A stretch of DNA of 64,000 nucleotides from Limnochordia bacterium (GTDB taxonomy: Bacteria; Bacillota; Limnochordia; Darwinibacteriales; Darwinibacteriaceae): NCBI GenBank assembly GCA_050952265.1, contig JBMNKP010000004.1, positions 101,885 to 165,884 of the forward strand, given 5' to 3'. A model generated the notes under the pieces. That model saw only the letters and a list, made by a program, of their open reading frames with translations. It was not told the origin of the DNA and ran no database searches. Numbering within the stretch: position 1 is the stretch's first letter; every line of letters begins with the position of its first letter. Positions 18,962 through 28,872 of the stretch are shown here, piece by piece. Made by a program: the position numbers and the translations under genes.

Positions 18962-20482
18962 CTACTGAGTTAGCTGCTTCACAGTGAAATAATCGAAGCA
19001 AACTTCGCCCTTGCTGGCAAACAAGCCCAGGTAGACCCCGGTGAAGGTCATCGTCATGGTCCCTTCAGTACACAGTCCCGCCGTCTTGCCCGTGCCCAGG
19101 GTGATCCATTCGCCACCCAGGCGGTACTTGAACAGATAGTCATCTTTGCCCGTCTCGATCTGGAGCTCAAGCTCGCCGGAGAAGTCAATGGGCCGCTTTT
19201 CCGCAATATGGTAGATGTCATGGACCTTTTTGGCCAGGACAACATAGTGCTGACCGGACTCTTGTGTGACATAGATCTCGTAGTGGTAATCCATGTTGTA
19301 GTACGCCGCGATCCCCGCCTGCTGCCCTTCCCCCATCTCCTCAACGAGCAGTTTCGCACAGGCCACCAGTTCGAACTCCTTCTGCCTGATGCCCACAAAG
19401 GTTGGATGGAAGTCGTTCAGCGTTTCTTCCCCCGCTGACAACCGCAGGAAGCCTTTTTTTGCTGTCAGGCTGTAGTTCTCCCGCCGGGGATTGCGGACGA
19501 AGTTCCACTCCATGCCGAGCACGTCGCTGTCAAAATCATCGGTGAAATCCGCAGTTATCGCCTTTCCAGTTAAGGGTGCTGGGAGCTCCGCCTCCATCTC
19601 CAGGGCGATGCGGCCTTGGTTCCCCACAACCGGCCAGCCATCATCATCCCACTTCACGGGAGCGAGAAATGTCTCCCGCCCCAAGTTGTGCAGCAGCGTT
19701 GTGGGCAGCGGCCTGATCGCCAAGCATACCAGCCACCAACTGCCCGCGGCATCCTCCACCAGATCCGCGTGTCCGGTGGCCTGGATGGGTGAACCCATGT
19801 AGTCCTTGTGGGAAAGGATTGGGTTATGCGGACAGGGTTCATATGGGCCCCAGGGGCTGCGGCTGCGGAAAATGGTTTCCATATGGCCGTATTCGGTGCC
19901 GCCCTCGGCGATCATGAGATAGTACCAGCCGTTGATCTTGTAGAGATGCGGAGCTTCTGGGTGTTTACCGCCTGCTCCATAACTGATGATCTCCGTCCTG
20001 CTCAACTTCTCACCTGTGAAGGGGTTGATCTCAAACAAGGCAATGCCCTGTCTTCCCCGTTCATCCAAGGCGGTACCGCAGTAGTAGACTCTCCCGTCAT
20101 CATCAAACAGCAGTGAGGGGTCGATACCCACATGGTCGATCCAGTGCGGCTCCGACCATTTCCCCCGGATGTCCTTGGTATGTACTATGAAGTTGCCCCT
20201 ATGGGAGACATTGGTGGTGATCATGAAAAAGGTCCCATCATGGTAGCGGATGGTAGGTGCAAAGATCCCTTTCGAACAGCCGCAGTTTTCCAAGTTGAGC
20301 TGGCTGTCCTCCGTTAAGCAGTAGTTGATCAACTCCCACTCCACCAAGTTCCTGCTGTGGAAGATGGGAACCCCTGGGAAGAATTCAAAGGTGGATGTGA
20401 CTAAGTAGAAATCACCGCCGACCCGGCAGATGCTGGGATCAGGGTTAAAGCCCTTGATGATCGGATTTTGGTACCTGTCCAT
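18962..20482 (-). CDS. GH43 beta-xylosidase/alpha-arabinofuranosidase
   Basis: NPIIKGFNPDPSI, YLVTSTFEFFPG, GIDPSLLFD, PEAPHLY and GGT..GH; C-terminal beta-sandwich. Confidence 0.92.
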   Translation of the reverse strand: MDRYQNPIIKGFNPDPSICRVGGDFYLVTSTFEFFPGVPIFHSRNLVEWELINYCLTEDSQLNLENCGCSKGIFAPTIRYHDGTFFMITTNVSHRGNFIVHTKDIRGKWSEPHWIDHVGIDPSLLFDDDGRVYYCGTALDERGRQGIALFEINPFTGEKLSRTEIISYGAGGKHPEAPHLYKINGWYYLMIAEGGTEYGHMETIFRSRSPWGPYEPCPHNPILSHKDYMGSPIQATGHADLVEDAAGSWWLVCLAIRPLPTTLLHNLGRETFLAPVKWDDDGWPVVGNQGRIALEMEAELPAPLTGKAITADFTDDFDSDVLGMEWNFVRNPRRENYSLTAKKGFLRLSAGEETLNDFHPTFVGIRQKEFELVACAKLLVEEMGEGQQAGIAAYYNMDYHYEIYVTQESGQHYVVLAKKVHDIYHIAEKRPIDFSGELELQIETGKDDYLFKYRLGGEWITLGTGKTAGLCTEGTMTMTFTGVYLGLFASKGEVCFDYFTVKQLTQ

Positions 20483-20512
20483 TTCTGACCCTCCACAGTG
20501 CGATGTTGTTGA

Positions 20513-21370
20513 TCAGGATTTGAGCCCCGACATCTTAATACCCTGGATGAAATACCTCTGGAAGGTGAAGAACGTCACCAAAACCGGCAGCAGGGTAACC
20601 AGGGACACGGCCATCATCTGCCCGATCTGTATGTTGCCGTAGGCGCTCTGGAAGAACTGCAGGCCAACGGCAATCGTGTACTTGCTCGTGGTGCTCAGGT
20701 AAATCAGGGGCGTGAAGAAGTCATTCCAGTGGTAAACGAGGGACATAACCGTCACGGCCAGAATCACAGGCTTGACAGTAGGCAGCATGATCCTGGTGAA
20801 AATCTGCAGAGAGCTGGCTCCATCGATTTCCGCAGCCTCATCTAGTTCCCTTGGGATCGTCCTGAAGAACTGGATGAACAGGAAGATGTTAAACGCTCCG
20901 CCCCCAAGCCAGGCCGGGATGATGATGGGCCAGTAGGTGTCGATCATCCCCAACCGGTGAAAGAGTATGTACTGGGGAACGATGGTAACCTGGGAAGGAA
21001 GCATGATGGTTCCCAGCAGAACAACGGTGAGCAGCCCGGAAAGCCGCGATTTGAAACGGGCAAAGCCATAGCCAACAAAAGCCGAAGAAAACACCGTGCC
21101 GATCGTAGCAGTGGCTGCCAGAAGAACTGTGTTTTTCGTGTAGGTGGTGAAATCGGAATAGCCCCAACCCTTAGGGTAATTGTCAAGTATAGGCCGTTTG
21201 GGGATCAACGTGGGAGGCACCATAAAGATTTCCCGCATTGACTTAAACGAAGTCGACACCATCCACAAGAACGGGATGACGCAGATCAGCGCAGCTGCGA
21301 TAAGCACAAGGTATATGAATACGCGGTTGCTCTTCGCCCTTATCTTTCTCAGAACCTTTGACAAACCCAA
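20513..21370 (-). CDS. Carbohydrate ABC transporter permease
   Basis: EAA motif IPRELDEAAEIDGAS; WNDFFTPLIYL. Confidence 0.92.
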   Translation of the reverse strand: MGLSKVLRKIRAKSNRVFIYLVLIAAALICVIPFLWMVSTSFKSMREIFMVPPTLIPKRPILDNYPKGWGYSDFTTYTKNTVLLAATATIGTVFSSAFVGYGFARFKSRLSGLLTVVLLGTIMLPSQVTIVPQYILFHRLGMIDTYWPIIIPAWLGGGAFNIFLFIQFFRTIPRELDEAAEIDGASSLQIFTRIMLPTVKPVILAVTVMSLVYHWNDFFTPLIYLSTTSKYTIAVGLQFFQSAYGNIQIGQMMAVSLVTLLPVLVTFFTFQRYFIQGIKMSGLKS

Positions 21371-21418
21371 GCACCTCGTTTTCTTTCAGATTAGCTCTCG
21401 TTAATCGCCAGTCTGCCA

Positions 21419-22324
21419 TCAGTCGCCGTAGAACACCCACTTCTTGGAGCTGCCCAAGATTATCAGCGTGATGACCATAATCACAACGAATAGGCACCAG
21501 GCGATCATGGCTGCATAGCCCATCCTTCCGTACTGAAACGCATTGGTGAACAGATGCATAACCACGGTACGGGTCGCATTTAAGGGCCCGCCGTTGGTCA
21601 ACACATACGGCTGCGTAAACAGCTGGAAAGCCCCAATGGTCGTAAGGACGAGGTTGAAAAAGATAGTTGGTGTGGCCAAGGGGATGGTGATGGTGAAGAT
21701 GCATCTGAACTTGCCCGCACCATCGATCTGGGCGCTTTCATAGAGGGTTTCTGGGATATCCTGAATGCCCGCCAGCATGATGATGATGTTATTGCCAATG
21801 GTCCACAAGGACAGGATCACGATGGAAATCATGGCCCAACTAGGATCACCCAGCCAATCGGGCCCCTGGATGCCCAATAAGGATAGTGAGTAATTGAGCA
21901 GTCCGTAATCGGCGTTAAAAATCCAACCCCAGAGGATGGTTACAGCGACACCGGCTGTAACATAGGGCAGGTAGAAAATCGTTCTGAAAAGGCCCAGGAA
22001 CTTGACTCTCTGACTGAGCATCAGCGCGATCACAAAGGAAAGCACCAAACTGGCAGGCACAAACATGGCAACGTAGTACAAGGTGTTCTTAAAGACCACC
22101 AGGAACCGCGTATCTTCCTTAAGGGCGTAGTACAAGTTACTCAACCCCACAAACTCACCGGGGTCCGTGAGCGTACTGCTGGTGAACATCAAATAGAAAG
22201 AGTGCAGGATGGGATAGAGTGTGAGAACCAAAAAACCGATCAGCCAAGGGGATATGTAGAAATAGAACCTGAGGGCATCCCTCCTCGCCTTGGCGGTAGA
22301 TGGCACAAAGCGTTTCGGTTTCAT
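21419..22324 (-). CDS. Carbohydrate ABC transporter permease
   Basis: LAGIQDIPETLYESAQIDGAG; ATG 22324 chosen as the likely start. Confidence 0.92.
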   Translation of the reverse strand: MKPKRFVPSTAKARRDALRFYFYISPWLIGFLVLTLYPILHSFYLMFTSSTLTDPGEFVGLSNLYYALKEDTRFLVVFKNTLYYVAMFVPASLVLSFVIALMLSQRVKFLGLFRTIFYLPYVTAGVAVTILWGWIFNADYGLLNYSLSLLGIQGPDWLGDPSWAMISIVILSLWTIGNNIIIMLAGIQDIPETLYESAQIDGAGKFRCIFTITIPLATPTIFFNLVLTTIGAFQLFTQPYVLTNGGPLNATRTVVMHLFTNAFQYGRMGYAAMIAWCLFVVIMVITLIILGSSKKWVFYGD

Positions 22325-22482
22325 ACGGAACTCGTCTAACATGTACGCATCACACCCCATTTCAAATCGGTATCAAGGAGCAGACAAAAGCAACAAGGTG
22401 AAGGGACACTGCTAGGTATGTGCCTCCCACAGCGTCCCTTCTTTGCTACCAGGTCACAGTGGACCTTCCATCCAAGACTGAG

Positions 22483-23763
22483 CTACTTGCTGAGGTTCAA
22501 CTCAAAGAATTCCTTCTCGAGCAGCGGGACGTATTTCTCCTGTGCTTCTGCAGCGGACATACCCGCAACGTTGACGCTGTCCCACATCTCGGTCCAGATG
22601 TCGCCAACGGTGGCCAAGGCGCCGCCCCAGATGTTCAGCCTGGAGGTCTCCATCCCCTTGAGGTACAGGGCGTTGGAAACATTTCCGTGGCTCATCTTGG
22701 CGTAGACTTCATTGGCAACCTTCTTGTTGGCCGGCATACCGATCTGGGCTGTGAACATGGCCATCTCATCGTTGGCAAAAGACGCTTCTTTCAGGAACTC
22801 CCAAGCGGCTTCTTTGTTCTTGGCGTCTTTGTACATGGCATAGCCAGTCGCGTAGGTGATGTTGGTGTTCTTTCCATCGGGGCTGTCCTTGGGAGGAAGT
22901 ACAGCATCCCACTCGAACCAATCGTCGATCTCCTGTGCCAGAGAAGCGATTTCAAAACCGCCCATCGGGTAAATGGCAGCCCTCTCGGTAATGAACAGCT
23001 GCTCTGAAGGCATGGTTTGAGCCGCAGACTGGCTGGGAATGGCCTGCGCTTCCACGATCAGGTATCTGAACAGATCCAGACCAGCCCTGACCTCTTCACT
23101 GTCCATGTAGATGTCGGAGAAGTCATCCGCATATGGCACACCGCCTTGGCAGATGATCGCGAAGTTGGGCAGTACCCAGTGGCGTACCATGGCATAGGTG
23201 CGGTTGACGCCTGAACCAGTTACGAACTTAGGTGCCATTTCGGCGAAGTCCTGCCAGGTCCAATCGTTGGTGGGGTACTCCACACCGAACTCGTCAAACA
23301 TGTTCTTGTTGTAGGCAAAGACGAACACGTTTGCAAGCAGCGGAAGTGCTTCCAGCTTGCCATCGGGGCGGTAGTAGTCATCGAGCATGCCCTCGGTGAT
23401 CACTTCGTTCAGATCGATTCCGTCTCTTTCCACATAGGGCCTCAGGTCTTCATAGTACTCGGTCAACAGGCCGTAGTAGTCAGGAGACATCTGGATGACA
23501 TCAGGCGCGTTTCCTGCTGCAAACGCAGCTGCCTGCCTCTGATCCCACACCTGGTCAGCTGTGGGAATAACCGAATGGATGACTTCCAGGTTGGGATGCT
23601 TCTTGGCAAAGGCTTCAACGGCCTTCTCCCGCATCTCCGCTTCATGCCCAGCTCCCCACGACCAAATCGTCAGCGTTCCCGTGAGCTCTTTGGCAAATAC
23701 CAGGTTAGGCAGCAAACCAACAACCAAAAGACTTACGAGTAACAGCAGCCCAATCCTCTTCAA
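22483..23763 (-). CDS. Sugar ABC transporter substrate-binding protein
   Basis: Signal peptide; TLTIWSW, AGNAPDV, AYNKNMFDEFG..P..DWTW and KNKEAAWEFLK. Confidence 0.9.
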   Translation of the reverse strand: MKRIGLLLLVSLLVVGLLPNLVFAKELTGTLTIWSWGAGHEAEMREKAVEAFAKKHPNLEVIHSVIPTADQVWDQRQAAAFAAGNAPDVIQMSPDYYGLLTEYYEDLRPYVERDGIDLNEVITEGMLDDYYRPDGKLEALPLLANVFVFAYNKNMFDEFGVEYPTNDWTWQDFAEMAPKFVTGSGVNRTYAMVRHWVLPNFAIICQGGVPYADDFSDIYMDSEEVRAGLDLFRYLIVEAQAIPSQSAAQTMPSEQLFITERAAIYPMGGFEIASLAQEIDDWFEWDAVLPPKDSPDGKNTNITYATGYAMYKDAKNKEAAWEFLKEASFANDEMAMFTAQIGMPANKKVANEVYAKMSHGNVSNALYLKGMETSRLNIWGGALATVGDIWTEMWDSVNVAGMSAAEAQEKYVPLLEKEFFELNLSK

Positions 23764-23820
23764 CGGTCACACTCCCTCTGCTTTATTGTTGCGTGTGCCA
23801 GATATCAAACCTCCTGCAGG

Positions 23821-23847
23821 CTGTATACAGGTCTGATGTCTGACACC
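23821..23847. promoter_or_regulatory. Possible GntR-type operator palindromes upstream of the sugar ABC operon
   Basis: CTGTATACAG (perfect palindrome) next to GATGTCTGACACC (one mismatch); no regulator gene nearby. Confidence 0.3.
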
Positions 23848-24197
23848 TTTGATCAGTATTGGACGCTTACGCGAAATTTCCTCCCATCTTGTTGATTTTT
23901 TGTGTACCGCAGTCAACTTTCTGAACGCTTCGCAGCTGAGAGAAAAGGTGTTTCAAGGTGCGCAAAAAAAGAAGCTTCCCGCGTATTTCGCAGAAAGCCC
24001 CTGAAATCCACTGTGCTTCAGTTGACGGTCTGCCTAGTTCACAAAATCAACGAAGATGAAAGGCTGGATGATCATCTCAGGTCTTGGCACAAACCTGATG
24101 GCCCTGAACCGCACTTCCCGCCACGAGACTGAACGCCACTAAAAGCAGAACTGAAGACCGTCTATGCTTCTCGCATATCGATCCTCTCTCTGCCAGG

Positions 24198-24386
24198 CTA
24201 CTTCGAATTCCGTGCCGCATCGCACTCCAGACACAGACCATCGGGTGTGCGCTCTTTGTAGGCCAGATCCTGCCCGCAAACCGGGCAGAATGGGCCGAGG
24301 AAATGCGGCCGAGATCCACCACCTGTTACCTTCTCCAAATCCTCGTCCATAAGTTTCTTCACTTCGGGTTTGCCCTTCATTTCCAT
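24198..24386 (-). CDS. 62-aa peptide with a double-glycine-type leader and a CxxC-x14-CxxC core
   Basis: RBS GGGAGGA; leader ...KLMDEDLEKVTGG; core contains CPVC and CLEC. Confidence 0.7.
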   Translation of the reverse strand: MEMKGKPEVKKLMDEDLEKVTGGGSRPHFLGPFCPVCGQDLAYKERTPDGLCLECDAARNSK

Positions 24387-24566
24387 GACAAATCCTCCCT
24401 CTGAATTGGTCCATCCCTCACGGGATCTTCAAAGCACGTTCAACAGCGGCAGCCAGCAAAAAGGCAGGTTACCAAAAGCTTACGATGTGGAGGACATCAG
24501 CACTGTCGTTTAGAATACACCGTCAGGCACCTGGTTGCACAATCGGTTGGATGGGAGTGCAGAGCA

Positions 24567-25703
24567 ATGGTGAACGGGCCCAGAGACACTCAGTTTGTCA
24601 AAAGAGCCATCCTTTTAGCCGGATTGGTGCTGGTCATCGTGTATTTCAACCAGGTCCTGAAGGCTGCCAAATCTGTCTACGACATTGTGCTTCCGCTTGT
24701 CTTGGGCTTCATCATCGCCTATGTAGTGAACATACTCATGCGCTTCCTGGAGCGGCACTACTTCCCCAAGGCGGAAAAGCCGTGGATCGCCAGAACAAGG
24801 CGGCCCGTCTGTCTCCTCCTCTCTTATGTCCTGATCCTCCTGATCCTTGCGGCGGTAATCACCCTAGTGCTGCCGAAGGTGGTGGATACCATCAAGGCCC
24901 TTTCTGCAGTACTCCCTGGATATTGGGAGCGGATCAGCCAATGGGTCGACGATCACAAAGACCAGTGGTCCTTCGTCAGCGAATGGATGGACAAAGACGC
25001 CTTGAGCTGGGACAGCATTACAGATAACATCAAGTCCAATGCCCCGCAGAGCCTCCGCGGCATCTTGACCTCATCGCTCACCGTGATTTCCGGGCTGACA
25101 TCGGGACTCTTTGACCTGGTCGTGGGCTTAGCTTTCTCAGCTTATCTCCTAGCTAGCAAAGAGAGGCTGCTCGCCCAGGCAGAGAAACTTCAAAAGGCCT
25201 TTTTGCCGCCGAGCACAGCTGCCAGGTTCAACACAATCCTTGCCGCTGCCAACGAAAGCTTCGCGAGTTTTATCACGGGACAGTGTACCGAAGCAGTGAT
25301 CTTAGGGGCCCTCTGCATAGCGGGCATGCTCATCTTTGGCTTCCCCTATGCTACCTCCATCGGCATCTTCGTCGGCGTTACCTCTCTGATTCCCATCCTT
25401 GGCGCCTATTTGGGAGCAGCCGTGGGAGTGCTCCTGATCTTCCAGGCAGATCCCGCCAAAGCACTGTTGTTTGTTGTCTTCATCATCGTGCTGCAGCAGC
25501 TGGAGGGAAACCTGATCTACCCCAGGGTGATGGGCACATCCCTCGGCCTGCCAGGGCTGTGGGTATTTGCTGCCGTGGTCATCGGCGGCGGTTTGGGGGG
25601 TATCGTGGGAATGCTGTTTGGGGTGCCAACCGCGGCAACGATTTACAAGCTAGTTCGCGCAGCAGCCGATGAGAGAACAAAGGCGCAGGCTCAGCGCACC
25701 TGA
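24567..25703 (+). CDS. AI-2E family (PerM-like) membrane transporter
   Basis: F..FITGQCTEA.ILG.L, SLIPILGA.LG and QQLEGNLIYPRVMG.SLGLP motifs. Confidence 0.9.
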   Translation: MVNGPRDTQFVKRAILLAGLVLVIVYFNQVLKAAKSVYDIVLPLVLGFIIAYVVNILMRFLERHYFPKAEKPWIARTRRPVCLLLSYVLILLILAAVITLVLPKVVDTIKALSAVLPGYWERISQWVDDHKDQWSFVSEWMDKDALSWDSITDNIKSNAPQSLRGILTSSLTVISGLTSGLFDLVVGLAFSAYLLASKERLLAQAEKLQKAFLPPSTAARFNTILAAANESFASFITGQCTEAVILGALCIAGMLIFGFPYATSIGIFVGVTSLIPILGAYLGAAVGVLLIFQADPAKALLFVVFIIVLQQLEGNLIYPRVMGTSLGLPGLWVFAAVVIGGGLGGIVGMLFGVPTAATIYKLVRAAADERTKAQAQRT

Positions 25704-26002
25704 GCTCGTCCCCTCTACCAAGAGCCAGACCACAAGGTGCCGATGGGAATGCAGAGCGCTGGGATGTTTGTGCAAGGGCATGGCGGTGCAGCATGCCGTA
25801 GACTGCCACGGCAAACGCCTTGAAGGGCGAGGCCATGGGGAATATGGTATAGGGTACGAATTGATACGGCACGTTTTCCACCCACCGGCTGGGCATCTAC
25901 AGATCAGTTCGACCCCGCAGAACCGTCTCCTTTCCATTCTTGGGTCTGGCCCCTAGCTGGGCGAAATTTAACGTGCCTGGAAGGACAAGGTCCTTGGACG
26001 GC

Positions 26003-26038
26003 AAAGAAAAACTCCCCCTGCGTACCTGCAGAGGGAGT
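26003..26038 (-). terminator. Terminator after the FMN-binding protein gene
   Basis: actccc..gggagt stem with an A-run on its 5' side (U-tract on the minus strand). Confidence 0.6.
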
Positions 26039-26078
26039 GAGTTATCGGTCTTGTAATCTATGAAGTTGAATCAGTTCG

Positions 26079-26600
26079 TTAGTTCTTCAGAGCGTCCTGA
26101 GCAGCGGCCCAGACAGCTGCCAGATAACCGTAGGTGTCAACCAGGGTGGCGCCGGTTACCATGTCGACGGCAGCGGCCGGCTCGGTGGTGTTCAGCAGAG
26201 CTTCGAGCTCGCTGACGGTCATGCCGATAACGAACTGCTCGATGGCCTTGAAGTTGTCAGCGATGGAAACGGTGGAACCGGACTTGGCCATGTTTGCGCT
26301 GTAGAAATCGCTGTTTACCTTCTTGGAACCCAGCCACTGCTCCGGATTGGCAAAGGCATTGCCGAAATCCTTGTCAGCGTTGGGAACGCCAACGGTGTCG
26401 GACTTGGCCATCATCTGGTACTCATCGATGTAGGCGCCGACAATGGTCTCGCCCTCAAGCACAACAAAGGCAACGGTAAAGCACCTGGTTCCATGAGCGG
26501 CCCATTCGGCCTTGCCCAACTTAAGCTCTGCGGCCAGGCTCGAACCAGCGACGGCCAAGAGTGCCATGACGACAAGAACTGCTACAAGACTTCTCTTCAT
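26079..26600 (-). CDS. Secreted FMN-binding-domain protein with a flavinylation motif
   Basis: Signal peptide; IVGAYIDEY, WLGSKK, NFKAIEQFVIG and C-terminal VDMVTGATL ([S/T]GA[S/T]). Confidence 0.7.
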   Translation of the reverse strand: MKRSLVAVLVVMALLAVAGSSLAAELKLGKAEWAAHGTRCFTVAFVVLEGETIVGAYIDEYQMMAKSDTVGVPNADKDFGNAFANPEQWLGSKKVNSDFYSANMAKSGSTVSIADNFKAIEQFVIGMTVSELEALLNTTEPAAAVDMVTGATLVDTYGYLAAVWAAAQDALKN

Positions 26601-26662
26601 ATACTCCGCCTCTTTCTTCGTGTTTTTGCACTTCATCAAGTGCGTTTTATGTTACGTTTCTA

Positions 26663-26691
26663 ATTATACGGGTCTTGTCTCGGGGCGTCAA
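26663..26691 (-). promoter_or_regulatory. Near-consensus sigma-A promoter
   Basis: Minus strand TTGACG-N17-TATAAT. Confidence 0.75.
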
Positions 26692-26738
26692 TAGCGTTTG
26701 TGTTCATTTTCTCAATCCTAGGATTAACTTAATGAACG

Positions 26739-26767
26739 TTGACGAGATGATCACAGCATCGTAATAT
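26739..26767 (+). promoter_or_regulatory. Sigma-A promoter for the S9 peptidase
   Basis: TTGACG-N17-TAATAT. Confidence 0.6.
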
Positions 26768-26839
26768 TCTCACCTGGCAGGAAAAGGCTGGCGAACACGG
26801 AAGATCACTGGCAGTGCCACACGGAAAGGATGATCTAAC

Positions 26840-28843
26840 GTGGAAACCCTGCGCCTTGACGACTTCACCAAGTACAAGTTTCTATCCGAGATCAAGCACA
26901 GCCCCAGCGGACATCTTGCCTGCTTCGCAGTGCATGAAGCGGATTGGGAGAAGAATGGCTACCGCTCTTACCTCTGGCTCTGCAATCTCGAGAGCGGAGA
27001 ATGCTTTCAGCTCACGGGATTTGGGGAGGAGCGCTCCTTCACCTGGTTGAACGACGAAGAGATACTCTTCTCTGCCCTGCGCAGCCCCAAAGACCAGGAA
27101 AGGCAGAAGAAAGGTGAGGACTTCACTGTTTTCTACAAGATCCGCGTGACGGGCGGCGAGGCGCTGGAAGCGTTCCGCATCCCCCAGCGGGTGCTGCAGA
27201 TCGAACCCCTTCCCCACGGCCGCTTCCTCCTCACCTGCCTGTACAGCCCTGACCGCCCGGATTTGAACAGCATGGACGAAGCGGAAAGGTCGGCCGAGCT
27301 GCAGAGGCGGGAAGAAGAGAAAAGGTACGAAGTGCTTGAGGAGATTCCCTACTGGAGCAACGGCCGGGGTTTTGTCAGCCGCTGCCGCTCACGCTTGTAC
27401 CTTTATGATCAAGAAGCCAACACTCTGGAACCCTTAACAGGGGAGTACATGCAGGTGAGCAGTTTCGAGCTCAACGCGGCCAGGGACAAGGCGGTGCTCG
27501 TGGCCGCCGAATACCAGGGTGTGATGCCGATCGCCAACCATCTCTACCTGGCCGACCTGGTAGAAAAGACGGTGCGCAGGATCTCTCCAGAAGAACCCTT
27601 CGACTACCACGAGGCCCACTTCCTGGACGATGACTGCCTGATCTGCTCTGGTTCAGATGGCAGCCGCTACGGGTTGAACGAAAATCCCCATTTCTACCTG
27701 ATCAACCCCGCCGACGGAACCAAGACCCTGATTACGCCAGATTTTGATGCGAGCATCGGCAACTCAGTCAACTCCGACTGCCGCTACGGGGCCAGAAACA
27801 GAAGCCAGGTGGACGGCGGTTACCTCTACTTCGTCACCACCGAAGGCTTCAGTTCCTACCTGAACCGCATAGACCGTTCCGGCCGCGTGGAGCGCCTCAC
27901 TGCGGAAGAAGGCTCGGTGGACTGCTTCAGCGTCAGGGGCGGCGGTATCTTGCTTGTCGCCCTGCGCGGTCTCGCCCTCCAGGAGCTCTACGCCCTGGCG
28001 AACGGCCGGGAGATCAAGCTGACCTCGTTCAACGCCTGGGTGAGCAGCGAGCGCAGCCTTTCTGAACCTGAACATCTCTCCGTGGAGACCGCTCCCGGAA
28101 CAACCATAGACGGCTGGGTGCTGAAGCCCGTGGGCTACACTCCGGGGCAGCGCTATCCCGCCATCCTCAACATCCACGGCGGACCCAAGACCGCCTACGG
28201 GACAGTCTTCGTCCACGAGATGCAGTGCTGGGCGAATCAGGGTTACTTCGTCCTGTTCTGCAACCCCCGGGGCAGTGATGGCAGAGGAAACGAGTTTGCT
28301 GACCTGCGGGGCAGGTACGGCACCATCGACTATGACGATCTGATGGGCTTCACCGATGCCGTGCTCCAGCGCTATCCAGACATCGACCCAGGCCGCCTCG
28401 GCGTTACGGGCGGCTCCTACGGAGGTTACATGACCAACTGGATCATCGGTCACACGGAGAGGTTCAAGGCAGCCGCCTCCCAGCGCAGCATTGCAAACTG
28501 GTTCTCAATGGGCTTCACCACGGATATCGGCTACTTCTTCACACCCGATCAGATCGGTGCCACCCCATGGTCTGATCCAGAGAAGCTCTGGGAGCACTCA
28601 CCGCTCAAGTACGCGGACCGGGTGAAGACGCCGACCTTGTTCATCCACTCCGATGAAGACTACCGCTGCTGGCTGCCTGAAGGACTGCAGATGTTCTCTG
28701 CCCTGAAGTATCACGGAGTTGAGGCCCGGCTCTGCCTGTTCAAGGGGGAAAACCACGAACTGAGCCGCAGCGGCAAGCCCAAGGCCCGCCTGCGGCGCCT
28801 GGAGGAGATCACCAACTGGTTCGACCGCTTCTTGAAGGAATAA
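26840..28843 (+). CDS. S9-family acylaminoacyl/prolyl oligopeptidase
   Basis: N-terminal propeller; IHGGP, NPRGS.G.G, GGSYGG (Ser), HSDED (Asp) and GENHEL (His). Confidence 0.93.
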   Translation: METLRLDDFTKYKFLSEIKHSPSGHLACFAVHEADWEKNGYRSYLWLCNLESGECFQLTGFGEERSFTWLNDEEILFSALRSPKDQERQKKGEDFTVFYKIRVTGGEALEAFRIPQRVLQIEPLPHGRFLLTCLYSPDRPDLNSMDEAERSAELQRREEEKRYEVLEEIPYWSNGRGFVSRCRSRLYLYDQEANTLEPLTGEYMQVSSFELNAARDKAVLVAAEYQGVMPIANHLYLADLVEKTVRRISPEEPFDYHEAHFLDDDCLICSGSDGSRYGLNENPHFYLINPADGTKTLITPDFDASIGNSVNSDCRYGARNRSQVDGGYLYFVTTEGFSSYLNRIDRSGRVERLTAEEGSVDCFSVRGGGILLVALRGLALQELYALANGREIKLTSFNAWVSSERSLSEPEHLSVETAPGTTIDGWVLKPVGYTPGQRYPAILNIHGGPKTAYGTVFVHEMQCWANQGYFVLFCNPRGSDGRGNEFADLRGRYGTIDYDDLMGFTDAVLQRYPDIDPGRLGVTGGSYGGYMTNWIIGHTERFKAAASQRSIANWFSMGFTTDIGYFFTPDQIGATPWSDPEKLWEHSPLKYADRVKTPTLFIHSDEDYRCWLPEGLQMFSALKYHGVEARLCLFKGENHELSRSGKPKARLRRLEEITNWFDRFLKE

Positions 28844-28847
28844 ACAA

Positions 28848-28869
28848 CGGGGCGGCATCTGCCGCCCCG
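28848..28869. terminator. Hairpin between convergent genes
   Basis: cggggcggca-tc-tgccgccccg. Confidence 0.6.
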
Positions 28870-28872
28870 CCT

